Part shown: piece by piece, positions 1 through 8,070 of the stretch | How the letters are laid out: each line of letters opens with the position of its first letter | How positions within the stretch are numbered: position 1 is the stretch's first letter | Origin: a virus | Lineage: Duplodnaviria > Caudoviricetes | DNA: 32,332 nt | Virus record (IMG/VR): IMGVR_UViG_3300032318_000443 | Coordinates: 1-32,332 of that record | Direction: 5' to 3' (one strand) | The notes under the pieces: model-generated | What the model was told of the DNA's origin: nothing | What the model saw: the letters and a program-made list of their open reading frames with translations, nothing else | Database searches by the model: none | Position numbers and translations under genes: made by a program

Positions 1-123
1 CAGACATGGATTAACTCCAAGAATAAACCCGATGAACCCATCGGTAGGTTAAATCTATTAGAAACTGTTTTTCGATAGTTGTCAACGAGGTCCCATCGGT
101 ACGCCAGGAATGGCCGGCTGCTC
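1..123. repeat. Terminal direct repeat, left copy (circular assembly overlap)
   Basis: 1-123 (cagacatggattaactcc...ggccggctgctc) is identical to 32210-32332; the portal 3' end and scaffold 5' end join across it. Confidence 0.97.
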
Positions 124-2328
124 AATTGGCTGCGGCTGCATTTCTTGCGCTGCAAACTGCGCCATCATCTGGTCATCCATCTGGGGGTTAGTCATTGGCT
201 GCTGGGCAATCTGCATTTCTTGCTGCAAGAATGGCGAGTCATTCATATTGACTTCGCTCTCAGCAAACGAGGCCACCATGTCTTGCTCCATATCCCTGCG
301 GGTCATTTCTTGCTGCAGGGCGCGAGTGTCCATGCCTTTTAATAACAGTTTGGTAATAGCGTCTAACTCAGTTTTATTTTGGTCGGTAATCGCCTTGAGG
401 TTAGTCTGATTGACTTTGGCCTCATTGATGGTCTCGGTGTTGTACGCCCTAGAGGTAACATCCATCAACTTGCGTTTGGTTGCGCCTTCCTCTTTCATCT
501 TCTGCACATCGGTCTGGTGCTGCAGGTTCATGGTCAAGGCCGCAATCTGCTGCTGCATATCGGCAACCATCTTCTGGCTGGCCATTAGCTGCATCTGGAC
601 CTGTGGCGGAATATCCGATTTCTCATCAATTTGGGACATTGGGTTCATGGCTGCCAGGCGGTCAGCAATCACATCCGCGCCCGGAAAGTCCATGTTGCGG
701 AACACTAAGTCTCCGGCAGCCTGGAACAATTCTGGGTTGGCCTGCAATAGCGGAATCATGGACTCGACTGCCTCTTGGCGCTTGGATTGATAGCCAGGGC
801 CGGTGTCCATGTAAACATCGTATTCGCCCACGGTTACATCATTCAGAATCTTCTCGGCACCGCTTTCATCTACAGCGCGCTGGTTAATCGTTACCATTTC
901 GGGCTGGTTATCGTAACCAATAATCCGCATTACGCGCTCTTTGTCGTAAATCTTGGGGATTAGGTCTAGGATTACGCGCCCAGTTTGCTTAAGGGAGCGG
1001 GTCAGATTGTCGTAATAATGGAAGTTCGACATATCAATCTGCATCTGCTGGCCGCGGATTGCCTTACCAGACATATTGCCTTGAGCCAGCATATTTGGGT
1101 CAAATATCCCCACCACGGTCTGCAGGTCATTATTGATAGCGCTTGTGGCCTCCACAATTCCGGCAGCTGGTGGCTCTGGCTGCAGCCGAGTTGGTACGGG
1201 CGCGGGCTGGCCTTCAATGTCTTTTTGCTTGTAACGCAATACAGGCGTGGCCTTGATATTAGCCAAGTTCCATTCATTCTCATGGCCCTCATCTTGGCCT
1301 TCTGCCAATAGCCATTTGGCCTTGGGCGCGAGAGCCACAGACTCAGTCAGAGCGGTACGCCAGTAGTTGTACATCCGCTGCGGGTCTTTAGCCATGCGCA
1401 CAATGCCGTACTTCTTGCGCTTATCGTCAACCACCAGCTGCTGGCCATAAACCGGCACGATAGGAATATATTTACCTGGCCAAGTCGATTCCTCGAGGAT
1501 TTCCATGCCGGTCAACTTAGCCCATTTAATGGTTTTGCGCATCGTTTCGCGCTCGGCCACCACCTCAATGCCGGCTGCCATCATCATTTCTGCGCTGGGG
1601 GCCTCATCTTTATAGACTTGCGTACCATCGGAAAGCATAAGCAGCTTGGTCTTTTTGCGCTCGGTGTACCACCATTCAGCTATCCGGATGTCATCCTTCA
1701 TAATCCAGTCAGCATCTGCATCGCCTGTACCGCGCATATTAAAGTTGCCGCCATCATCTGCGTTAGGGTATTGAGCCTTAAAGTCCTTTTTGCTCATCAC
1801 CTCAGTAATCAGGCATGACTCGGCATCCGAGCCGTCTGGCATCTGACTGTTAGGGTCAAAGTAAACGGTAAATGGGTTCGCAATCGGCTTAATGTAGATT
1901 TCTTGGTCAAACGAGTCTGGGCGCGTGTAATCGGTAATGACCCGCCAGTAACCCCAGCCCATGCGCACGGCAAACTCAAAAGCCGTATCGTAGGCGGTAT
2001 CTGCGTCCGAATTGACCTCAATATGCTTAAAAATGCCAGTCAGGATGTCCGCTACCTTTGCGTTGGCAGCCGAGTTCATCGAATGCGCTTTCATGCGGGG
2101 GCGCGCCTGGCGCTGCTGATTACAGACTTGGCGGATAAAGCCATCTAGCTTATTGATAGTCAGGCAGGGTCTAGCCTCTAAGTTGCGGGAGTTCTGCACC
2201 TCAACTGGCCATTGGTCTCCAGATGAGAACTTTAGGTCATCCAGGGCATCCTGGCGATTGTAAGAGTCCGCATCATTGGCGAATCTCAAGAATTTTTGTG
2301 CGTCTTGTATACGCTGGTCGTTTGCCAT
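82..2328 (-). CDS. Portal protein, P22 gp1-like
   Basis: ~748 aa directly after TerL; motifs FSSGDQW, RPCLTINKL, KDPQRMYNYW, SGKAI, NDVTVGEYDV..DTGPGYQSKRQEA; Q/M-rich C-terminal tail. Start placed at ATG 2328 (MANDQ) just after the TerL stop. Confidence 0.95.
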   Translation of the reverse strand: MANDQRIQDAQKFLRFANDADSYNRQDALDDLKFSSGDQWPVEVQNSRNLEARPCLTINKLDGFIRQVCNQQRQARPRMKAHSMNSAANAKVADILTGIFKHIEVNSDADTAYDTAFEFAVRMGWGYWRVITDYTRPDSFDQEIYIKPIANPFTVYFDPNSQMPDGSDAESCLITEVMSKKDFKAQYPNADDGGNFNMRGTGDADADWIMKDDIRIAEWWYTERKKTKLLMLSDGTQVYKDEAPSAEMMMAAGIEVVAERETMRKTIKWAKLTGMEILEESTWPGKYIPIVPVYGQQLVVDDKRKKYGIVRMAKDPQRMYNYWRTALTESVALAPKAKWLLAEGQDEGHENEWNLANIKATPVLRYKQKDIEGQPAPVPTRLQPEPPAAGIVEATSAINNDLQTVVGIFDPNMLAQGNMSGKAIRGQQMQIDMSNFHYYDNLTRSLKQTGRVILDLIPKIYDKERVMRIIGYDNQPEMVTINQRAVDESGAEKILNDVTVGEYDVYMDTGPGYQSKRQEAVESMIPLLQANPELFQAAGDLVFRNMDFPGADVIADRLAAMNPMSQIDEKSDIPPQVQMQLMASQKMVADMQQQIAALTMNLQHQTDVQKMKEEGATKRKLMDVTSRAYNTETINEAKVNQTNLKAITDQNKTELDAITKLLLKGMDTRALQQEMTRRDMEQDMVASFAESEVNMNDSPFLQQEMQIAQQPMTNPQMDDQMMAQFAAQEMQPQPIEQPAIPGVPMGPR

Positions 2329-2330
2329 AA

Positions 2331-3602
2331 TCATCCCATCCATGATCCAGCCGGCTGTCGCACGGCTTGTTTTGCTACCGATTTACGGGGCTCATTTACC
2401 ACTAATCCAAGATATTTAAACGCATCTGCGCCGTGGGAATAAATGTCGTGCAGCGGCGTTTTACTGAATTGCTTGGTATCTGGGTCCACATCATATCGGT
2501 AATGTCTTAAACATTGTAATCCTTGATGGCAATTTTCTCTATCAAAATAACACTTATTGAATATTGTTCTGGCCGCATTGATTGAGTCCGCAGTTGGGGT
2601 TCTAGGCACAATCTGCACCTTATATCCGGCTGCTCTGACAATGTCGGCAATCGAGCGCCCGGCAGCTGCCAAAGTTGAATTCTCAGCATCATGCGGCAGC
2701 CAGATGGTGTCATAGTGATAGCCGTACTTCTGCATCTCGGCCATGTAATAAGACATGGTCTTTTGACTATCCTCCATGTATCGGACCAATCTGATCTCAA
2801 AGCCTATAAATTGGACGAACCAAATGGCCGTATTATCCGACCAGCCAAGGTCAAAAACCGCGTGGACGGGTTTAATTGGGTCGTATGGAACGCGGGTAAT
2901 GCGCTCCTCTAAGTCAGCGCGGGTTATCTCATTGGCAAATACCGCTCCATCAACGGTCTTACGGCAAATGCCTTCCCAAACGGTGTTGTAGGCCTCGGTG
3001 TCCCGCATCTGTAGGTTATCCTTCTCCTCCCGCAAGGTCATAGGAAACCAAGGGTTATCGCGCCAGGTAATCTTTTGGACTATTGCGTTGGTAGGCGGCG
3101 CCAGTACAAAGCGCTGGTAGGTGTCATCGGTCTCTAATTCTGGATTAAAGGTAATCCATATCTCGGAGTTGTCCGCACGGATGGTTGGGATTAAGACATT
3201 CCAGCTAGATTTAGAAACTGTCTGCGCCTCCTCGACCCAACAGATATTGACTCCCTCAAATGACTTTACATTGGTAATGTTGTTTTTTAGGCCAATAAAG
3301 AAGAATTCAGACCCATTTTTACCCTTGATGCTGGTCTGGGTGACATCGTAAAAGGATTGCAGGCCAAGACTGTCAATCTGGTCTGTCAGCAGCTTATGTA
3401 CAGAATCTTTGATCGAGACTTGAAACTCTCGGGCGCAAAGAATGCGGATGGGGTCTTTGGCTGCCTTGATCAATAATGCTCTGGCAACTCCCCAAGACTT
3501 AGCGCCTCCGCGCCCACCGTACAAAATCTTATATCGTTTGGGCTCAAACAGAAAAGCCAGTTTTACAGGGAATTCGGCGTTAGCTACTGCTGTTTCAAGC
3601 AT
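2331..3602 (-). CDS. terL: Terminase large subunit (PBSX-like family)
   Basis: Walker A-like YGGRGGAKS, Walker B CWVEEAQ, ITFNP coupling motif, nuclease FDLGWSD and C-terminal HDIYSHGADAFKYL. Confidence 0.96.
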   Translation of the reverse strand: MLETAVANAEFPVKLAFLFEPKRYKILYGGRGGAKSWGVARALLIKAAKDPIRILCAREFQVSIKDSVHKLLTDQIDSLGLQSFYDVTQTSIKGKNGSEFFFIGLKNNITNVKSFEGVNICWVEEAQTVSKSSWNVLIPTIRADNSEIWITFNPELETDDTYQRFVLAPPTNAIVQKITWRDNPWFPMTLREEKDNLQMRDTEAYNTVWEGICRKTVDGAVFANEITRADLEERITRVPYDPIKPVHAVFDLGWSDNTAIWFVQFIGFEIRLVRYMEDSQKTMSYYMAEMQKYGYHYDTIWLPHDAENSTLAAAGRSIADIVRAAGYKVQIVPRTPTADSINAARTIFNKCYFDRENCHQGLQCLRHYRYDVDPDTKQFSKTPLHDIYSHGADAFKYLGLVVNEPRKSVAKQAVRQPAGSWMG

Positions 3603-3864
3603 CTTGCGGTTTTACAAACATGACTTGAATACCAGACAGCAGCGGAGTTCCATCGGAGTTCTCGACCTGGTTGGTCTGAACAGCTTTACCATCGAGCCGG
3701 TCAATAATCTCTTTGACTGCCCAGGCCTCGCCCATCTCTGCTTGTGTGATCAGTTGACCCACAATTTTCTCAAGTCGATGCGGTTCTTGCGTCAGCGCCT
3801 TGCGGAGTCTGTCGTAAAACATTTTGCCTTTGACGGCATTAGTATTTCCTATTGGTGCGGCCAT
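3595..3864 (-). CDS. terS: Probable terminase small subunit
   Basis: Immediately upstream of and overlapping terL; N-terminal APIGNTNAVKG and DRLDGKAVQ motifs typical of small TerS-like proteins; start chosen at ATG 3864. Confidence 0.7.
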   Translation of the reverse strand: MAAPIGNTNAVKGKMFYDRLRKALTQEPHRLEKIVGQLITQAEMGEAWAVKEIIDRLDGKAVQTNQVENSDGTPLLSGIQVMFVKPQDA

Positions 3865-3917
3865 AGTGATTAACTCAATCAATAAGTTCCAGTAGCATAA
3901 TAATAAATCGTTTCTTC

Positions 3918-3953
3918 TTGTTTGTGTTAATGTTATTTGGTAAACTGTTTATT
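3918..3953 (+). promoter_or_regulatory. Putative sigma70 promoter for the plus-strand cassette, overlapped by a palindromic operator
   Basis: TTGTTT (3918-3923), 17 bp spacer, TAAACT (3941-3946) with extended TG; overlaps GTAAACTGTTTATT (3940-3953). Confidence 0.5.
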
Positions 3954-3965
3954 GAAAGGTAAGAG

Positions 3966-4172
3966 ATGTCCGGTAATGAAATTGTAAAGTTGGCTAGAGC
4001 GGCTGAGATTGGTTTAACTGGTAAGCGGTTCTGTGGCAGTTGTCAGTCTATGCAGTCTGCAGCACTTGGCGCAATGACTGAGGGTAAGAAAGTAAACCGG
4101 TGGCAATGTGTTACTTGTTCTAATCGCAAGAGTAGGCGTAAATATCAAACAAAGGGAGAGGGCGATGCGTAG
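3966..4172 (+). CDS. Small basic zinc-ribbon-like protein
   Basis: 68 aa with CGSC...CVTC and a basic C-terminus; AAAGGT-type RBS upstream. Confidence 0.7.
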   Translation: MSGNEIVKLARAAEIGLTGKRFCGSCQSMQSAALGAMTEGKKVNRWQCVTCSNRKSRRKYQTKGEGDA

Positions 4173-4485
4173 ATGGTTCGGTTGTTTACTGTTTGTACCG
4201 ATGTTAGCCTCGGCTGCGTCTATAGCCACCATGCCCAATGAGGGCGGAGGCAAAATAGTATTGACGGACGATGTATGTAAGGTAGACGGTAAGGTTTACA
4301 ACAAACTAAACCGAGCCTACAACTACACCACCTCTGGCCATAGTAGTGAGGGCTGCTTTTATGTGGAAGATGAAACCGTTGTGGTTATTTGGAATACTTC
4401 TGTTGGGGTCCGCACGATGCGTTATCCCGCAGAAAACTTTACTCTTATCAACAGAAAGCAGTCTGGAGCGAGGTTTGGGACATGA
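4165..4485 (+). CDS. Secreted/periplasmic hypothetical protein
   Basis: 106 aa from ATG 4165 (GGAG upstream); signal-peptide-like MRRWFGCLLFVPMLASA; two further Cys. Confidence 0.7.
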   Translation: MRRWFGCLLFVPMLASAASIATMPNEGGGKIVLTDDVCKVDGKVYNKLNRAYNYTTSGHSSEGCFYVEDETVVVIWNTSVGVRTMRYPAENFTLINRKQSGARFGT

Positions 4486-4553
4486 AAATCATTAAATCGC
4501 AGTTTTGGCATATCCTTCAACGCGAAATAGCAGCTAGAAAGGCCAAAAAATGA
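4482..4553 (+). CDS. 23-aa micro-ORF MKIIKSQFWHILQREIAARKAKK (not in ORF track)
   Basis: ATGA overlaps with both the upstream stop (4483-4485) and the downstream start (4550), filling the gap exactly; GAGG upstream. Confidence 0.6.
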   Translation: MKIIKSQFWHILQREIAARKAKK

Positions 4554-4828
4554 CTACTTTTACGACAGAGGACAGGATATTGGCCGAAAAGGACGGATCA
4601 TTGACCTTTAATGTAGAGCCCATTCCTTTTGCTGGGTTGGTGACCATTACTGATAATGTGCCTGCTTATACAGATTTGTATCTTTATTTGTCAAAAGACC
4701 AAAGTATTGGCTTTACTGCAGAGTTTGAAATGCTTACTGGTGAGCAGCGGCTGGCGGTGCTTAATCGCACGATGGACCTTATCATGGCCAAGACCGGTCA
4801 GGTTATCGACTCTTTGGAAGTCCAATGA
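4550..4828 (+). CDS. Hypothetical protein
   Basis: 92 aa, coupled by ATGA overlap; converges on and overlaps the end of the 514-aa gene. Confidence 0.7.
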   Translation: MTTFTTEDRILAEKDGSLTFNVEPIPFAGLVTITDNVPAYTDLYLYLSKDQSIGFTAEFEMLTGEQRLAVLNRTMDLIMAKTGQVIDSLEVQ

Positions 4829-6347
4829 ACATTTCTAATGGGTCTTGGGTTGGTTTCTTACCAATAAACTGCATTAATGGGTCACCAAATATATCGCCGA
4901 ATTGGGTATATGAAACGGTCTCATCACGGGGGACATCAAGACCATATTGGTTAAAGCGCTCTGGCTTACCTGGTCTCCCGTTTTCATACATGGTTCTCTC
5001 GTACTGTTCCGCAAATGGGTAATTAGCCCTTCGCTCCTCCATAGACAGCTTTTCTCTGGTCTGAGTTAGTCTTGACTCGGCCTCACCAGCCAAGCGCTTG
5101 TAAGCCTCAACATCTGACATATTTTCAAATGTTTTTTTCTTTTCCCCTAGTTCTCGGAACTTACGCGCAGCCTCATCGGTCTTTTTGATCTGCGTCATAG
5201 CCCGTTTCTGGGCGTTTTTAGCATCCCGCAGGTTGTCGTAAGGCAGGTTTTGATACTTTGCCTCAGATGAAATGCTACGGTCTTGAATGTATTGTGCCGC
5301 GCCCCTAAACCATTCGTCTCTGGCTGCGCCTGGCTTTTTAGGTTGTGGGCCAGCCTCGCGGCGGTAATCGTTGCCGTACTTATACCAATCGGATAGATTG
5401 TAAATAATCCTTGGTTTAATGTTGTCTCGGGTCGCAATATCACCAAGCCGAATCATATATTCTGATCTGGCAGCTGCGCCGTACTCATCCCAATATTTAC
5501 GGTTAATAGCAAACGGGGTGGCCAATGGCGCTAATTCAGACTTAATCTGGGCATTAGCAATCAGTTTTGCAGATTCTGGACTACCGCCGCGCCCAAAGTT
5601 TTCGGTCTTTTGAATGGCGTGTTGGATTTCATGCAGCAAAGTTGACCTGGCTGCATTGGCTTGGTCATCCAAGGATTGGCCAGCATAAGTTGCGCCGCCA
5701 GTAGTAACTAATTTTTTACCTTCATCAAATGAGCCGCGAATGTCTTGGCGGTTTTCTTTCGCAATCCTTAGATTGTTTACAAGGTTTGGATAAGCCTCCT
5801 CTAAGGCATCATGCCTAAATACAGAGGTCAATCTGGCATTTTGCGGCTGCATTATTTGTTCGTACCTTGACGGCAATTTGCTCATGTCCAGTACAGCGCC
5901 GGTGTCTGGTATCTCCTGGCGCCACTTCTGATCTAAGCCGCGGGCCGTCATGGTTTCGCGCCAAATGTCAGCTGGTCGCGCCCCAGCTTTCTCCATTTCT
6001 ACGGCTTTTTCGTAATTTGCTTTATTCCAAGCAGATGACTTAGGTCCGATAAACATACCCAGCGCATTTGCCGGAGCCCCTCTACTGGCTGCAAATCCAC
6101 CACCGGCCACATTCATACCAACATTTAATGCCTCTTGCGGGGTAATTTCTTCGCCTTGGAGCGCTCGGTATGGTGTTTCTATCGCTTTAACGATGTCAAC
6201 CAACATCTGTGGCGCCACCCAATCTTTGTAATTAATGGGTTTACCAAAAACAGACCCGCGCCCCTCAGATGGCAAACTATTAGCTGGCCGCGGCAGAATA
6301 GATAGCCGCTCAACATTGGGGTCAAATCTGTCTGACAGCCGTGCCAT
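4803..6347 (-). CDS. LPD23-like (large polyvalent protein-associated) domain plus zincin-like HExxH metallopeptidase protein
   Basis: IWRETMTARGLDQKWRQEIPD, HDALEEAYP, STLLHEIQHAIQKTENFGRGGSP and YKRLAGEAESR motifs resemble LPD23-associated proteins. Confidence 0.75.
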   Translation of the reverse strand: MARLSDRFDPNVERLSILPRPANSLPSEGRGSVFGKPINYKDWVAPQMLVDIVKAIETPYRALQGEEITPQEALNVGMNVAGGGFAASRGAPANALGMFIGPKSSAWNKANYEKAVEMEKAGARPADIWRETMTARGLDQKWRQEIPDTGAVLDMSKLPSRYEQIMQPQNARLTSVFRHDALEEAYPNLVNNLRIAKENRQDIRGSFDEGKKLVTTGGATYAGQSLDDQANAARSTLLHEIQHAIQKTENFGRGGSPESAKLIANAQIKSELAPLATPFAINRKYWDEYGAAARSEYMIRLGDIATRDNIKPRIIYNLSDWYKYGNDYRREAGPQPKKPGAARDEWFRGAAQYIQDRSISSEAKYQNLPYDNLRDAKNAQKRAMTQIKKTDEAARKFRELGEKKKTFENMSDVEAYKRLAGEAESRLTQTREKLSMEERRANYPFAEQYERTMYENGRPGKPERFNQYGLDVPRDETVSYTQFGDIFGDPLMQFIGKKPTQDPLEMFIGLPKSR

Positions 6348-6490
6348 TATTTTTTCTTCTTTTTGGTTGCAGCCTCACGCTTAACCGAGTACGCAATGGC
6401 CACGGCCTGCTTGACCGGCTTACCTGCAGCAATCTCGGCCTTCACATTCTTTTGGAATGCCTTTTTACCAATGTCTTTGATGAGCGGCAT
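6347..6490 (-). CDS. 47-aa very basic protein (not in ORF track)
   Basis: MPLIKDIGKKAFQKNVKAEIAAGKPVKQAVAIAYSVKREAATKKKKK; TAATG coupling at both ends; the KQAVAIAYS motif is familiar from phage small proteins. Confidence 0.85.
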   Translation of the reverse strand: MPLIKDIGKKAFQKNVKAEIAAGKPVKQAVAIAYSVKREAATKKKKK

Positions 6491-6657
6491 TACTTTTTCT
6501 TTGCAGTTTTAGCCGATTCCTTAAAGGCCTTGGCAGTTGGCGCGCCCTTAGTGCCTGGGCTGCGCATCTTCTCAGGAGTCTTTCCAGCAGCCTTTTGGCG
6601 CTCGATCCTCTCCCTTTTTGCGTGGATATTGCTGTAGAGGCCGGGTTTAGTAGCCAT
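6490..6657 (-). CDS. 55-aa very basic protein (not in ORF track)
   Basis: MATKPGLYSNIHAKRERIERQKAAGKTPEKMRSPGTKGAPTAKAFKESAKTAKKK; TAATG coupling at both ends. Confidence 0.85.
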   Translation of the reverse strand: MATKPGLYSNIHAKRERIERQKAAGKTPEKMRSPGTKGAPTAKAFKESAKTAKKK

Positions 6658-7118
6658 TACGCACCATGCACAATTGCAAAGTTAATGATGACTGCCTCAG
6701 ACAATGCGCCGCCTGTCATGTTACGCAGGGTAATTACTGCGGAGCCCGCTGCCATGCTTGAGATATAAGTTGTGTAAGCTGCTGCAGTACCGCCACCAGA
6801 CACATTGACAATAATTGCGTCTTTTGTGCCGATTGTGGAGTTGGTCAATGTAAATGACACGGCGGTATTGGCTGCTAGTTCCGCACCGTTCATTGTGATA
6901 CGGCCAATGCTATTGTTTAGTGTTACGCCGCCAGTCTTAGCACCAGATTGGGTAACCGCGCCGCTTGCAGATGCGGTGTAACCAATTTCGCTACTTGCAT
7001 AAACGGTTGTGCCTACTACGGTTGACGGTGTAGATGCCCCGATTGGGGAGTTATCTACTGAACCGCCTACGATTTGTTGATCTTCGTAAGCTACACCGAT
7101 TGATTTTGAATTTGACAT
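6657..7118 (-). CDS. Probable virion structural protein (fibre/decoration-like)
   Basis: 153 aa, G/S/T/A-rich beta-type composition; AAAGGA RBS; shares an IG-x-S/T-TP motif with the long tail fibre. Confidence 0.6.
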   Translation of the reverse strand: MSNSKSIGVAYEDQQIVGGSVDNSPIGASTPSTVVGTTVYASSEIGYTASASGAVTQSGAKTGGVTLNNSIGRITMNGAELAANTAVSFTLTNSTIGTKDAIIVNVSGGGTAAAYTTYISSMAAGSAVITLRNMTGGALSEAVIINFAIVHGA

Positions 7119-7134
7119 GATTAATTCCTTTTAG

Positions 7135-7419
7135 TTAACAGTTCCAATTTTTAAGAGATGCTGCTTTTCGGGTAGGCCTACCCTTTTCATCCTTCATTGG
7201 CCCAGGCATTCCGCTCATCCGCGCACAAAAAGACTTTTTACGACCTTCGTCAGCTTTTGTTTTAGGGTTTGGAGCAGGTGCTTTAAGGTTTGCATTATTT
7301 TTTGCATTGTATTCCGCCCTTCCTTTTGCGGTCAGTCCCGCGCCCTTTTCGGCTGGGTTGTAATTCTTACCCTTACCGGTAGTGGTGCGCGCAATCGGTT
7401 TGTTAGTGGTTTTGGGCAT
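7135..7419 (-). CDS. Basic protein, DUF6321-like
   Basis: 94 aa from ATG 7419 (GGAGG RBS); GLTAKGR...NLKAP...RKKSFCARMSGMPGPMKDEKGRPTRKAASLKNWNC. Confidence 0.75.
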   Translation of the reverse strand: MPKTTNKPIARTTTGKGKNYNPAEKGAGLTAKGRAEYNAKNNANLKAPAPNPKTKADEGRKKSFCARMSGMPGPMKDEKGRPTRKAASLKNWNC

Positions 7420-7705
7420 TATCTGCCTCCACGAAACAAACATCCTTCCAAGACATAACGATGAGTTCCTCGCCATCAATCTCAAAGCGAGGGTAAGACA
7501 GGTAATCTTCCATGCCGCCAAATCGGATGCGCTGCCCAATCTCAATGGGGTTTGGAATGAGCCTGCCCTTCTTATCAATCTCGCCAGGACCCACGGCCAG
7601 TACCTCGCCGATATTAGGTAACTCATCCATGATGACTTCAATCACCTGGCTTTTGACCCGCTCAATGGGTCTTACAACAATTCGGTCACGCAGAGGTCGT
7701 ATCAT
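7403..7705 (-). CDS. groES: Co-chaperonin GroES-like protein
   Basis: 100 aa from ATG 7705: MIRPLRDRIVVRP, GEVLAVGPG, EIDGEELIVM..KDV. Confidence 0.88.
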   Translation of the reverse strand: MIRPLRDRIVVRPIERVKSQVIEVIMDELPNIGEVLAVGPGEIDKKGRLIPNPIEIGQRIRFGGMEDYLSYPRFEIDGEELIVMSWKDVCFVEADNAQNH

Positions 7706-7889
7706 TTTTTTTGCGCCTTTTGGGTGCCGGTACGGGTATGGATGCCAACTCCTCACAAATCGGCAGCGGCTTTGCATCGACTTTATGCTCACCGCACCAC
7801 ATTCCGGCCTGTTTGGTTACTGACTCAGGGTAGCGCCGGCAATGGCCAAACTGCGTACCTTGAAAAAATAAACAGTTTCCGCAATTCAC
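7686..7889 (-). CDS. Small Cys-rich metal-binding protein
   Basis: CGNC..F...GHCRRYP...WCGEH; GTG start overlapping the upstream TGA. Confidence 0.7.
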   Translation of the reverse strand: MNCGNCLFFQGTQFGHCRRYPESVTKQAGMWCGEHKVDAKPLPICEELASIPVPAPKRRKKNDTTSA

Positions 7890-8059
7890 TTCTGGTACAT
7901 TTCGCCAGAATTGTTTGTGGCCATCTTGGTATCGCGACCCTTCATAGTCATTTTTTCGCCCATTGGCTTGTTTTTGCCTTCTTGCATCACGGCATTTTTG
8001 GTCTTTTCTTTGCGACCTGGATTGTCATTACAGTCTTTTGGGCAGTCAAATGTGTTCAT
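7886..8059 (-). CDS. 57-aa hypothetical protein (not in ORF track)
   Basis: MNTFDCPKDCNDNPGRKEKTKNAVMQEGKNKPMGEKMTMKGRDTKMATNNSGEMYQK; AAAGGA RBS; GTGA overlap with the next gene. Confidence 0.7.
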   Translation of the reverse strand: MNTFDCPKDCNDNPGRKEKTKNAVMQEGKNKPMGEKMTMKGRDTKMATNNSGEMYQK

Positions 8060-8070
8060 TTTGGTTTCCT

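Noticed and set aside
79-2148. Numerous plus-strand ORFs within the portal gene
   Set aside because: Antisense shadows of a well-supported portal CDS, with no RBS or recognisable motifs.
7420-7792. N-terminal extensions of the 168-aa and 129-aa ORFs, and a possible frameshift at the A8 run (7705-7712)
   Set aside because: Internal ATGs at 7419 and 7705 give coherent DUF6321-like and GroES proteins; the extensions overlap other genes and nothing supports recoding.
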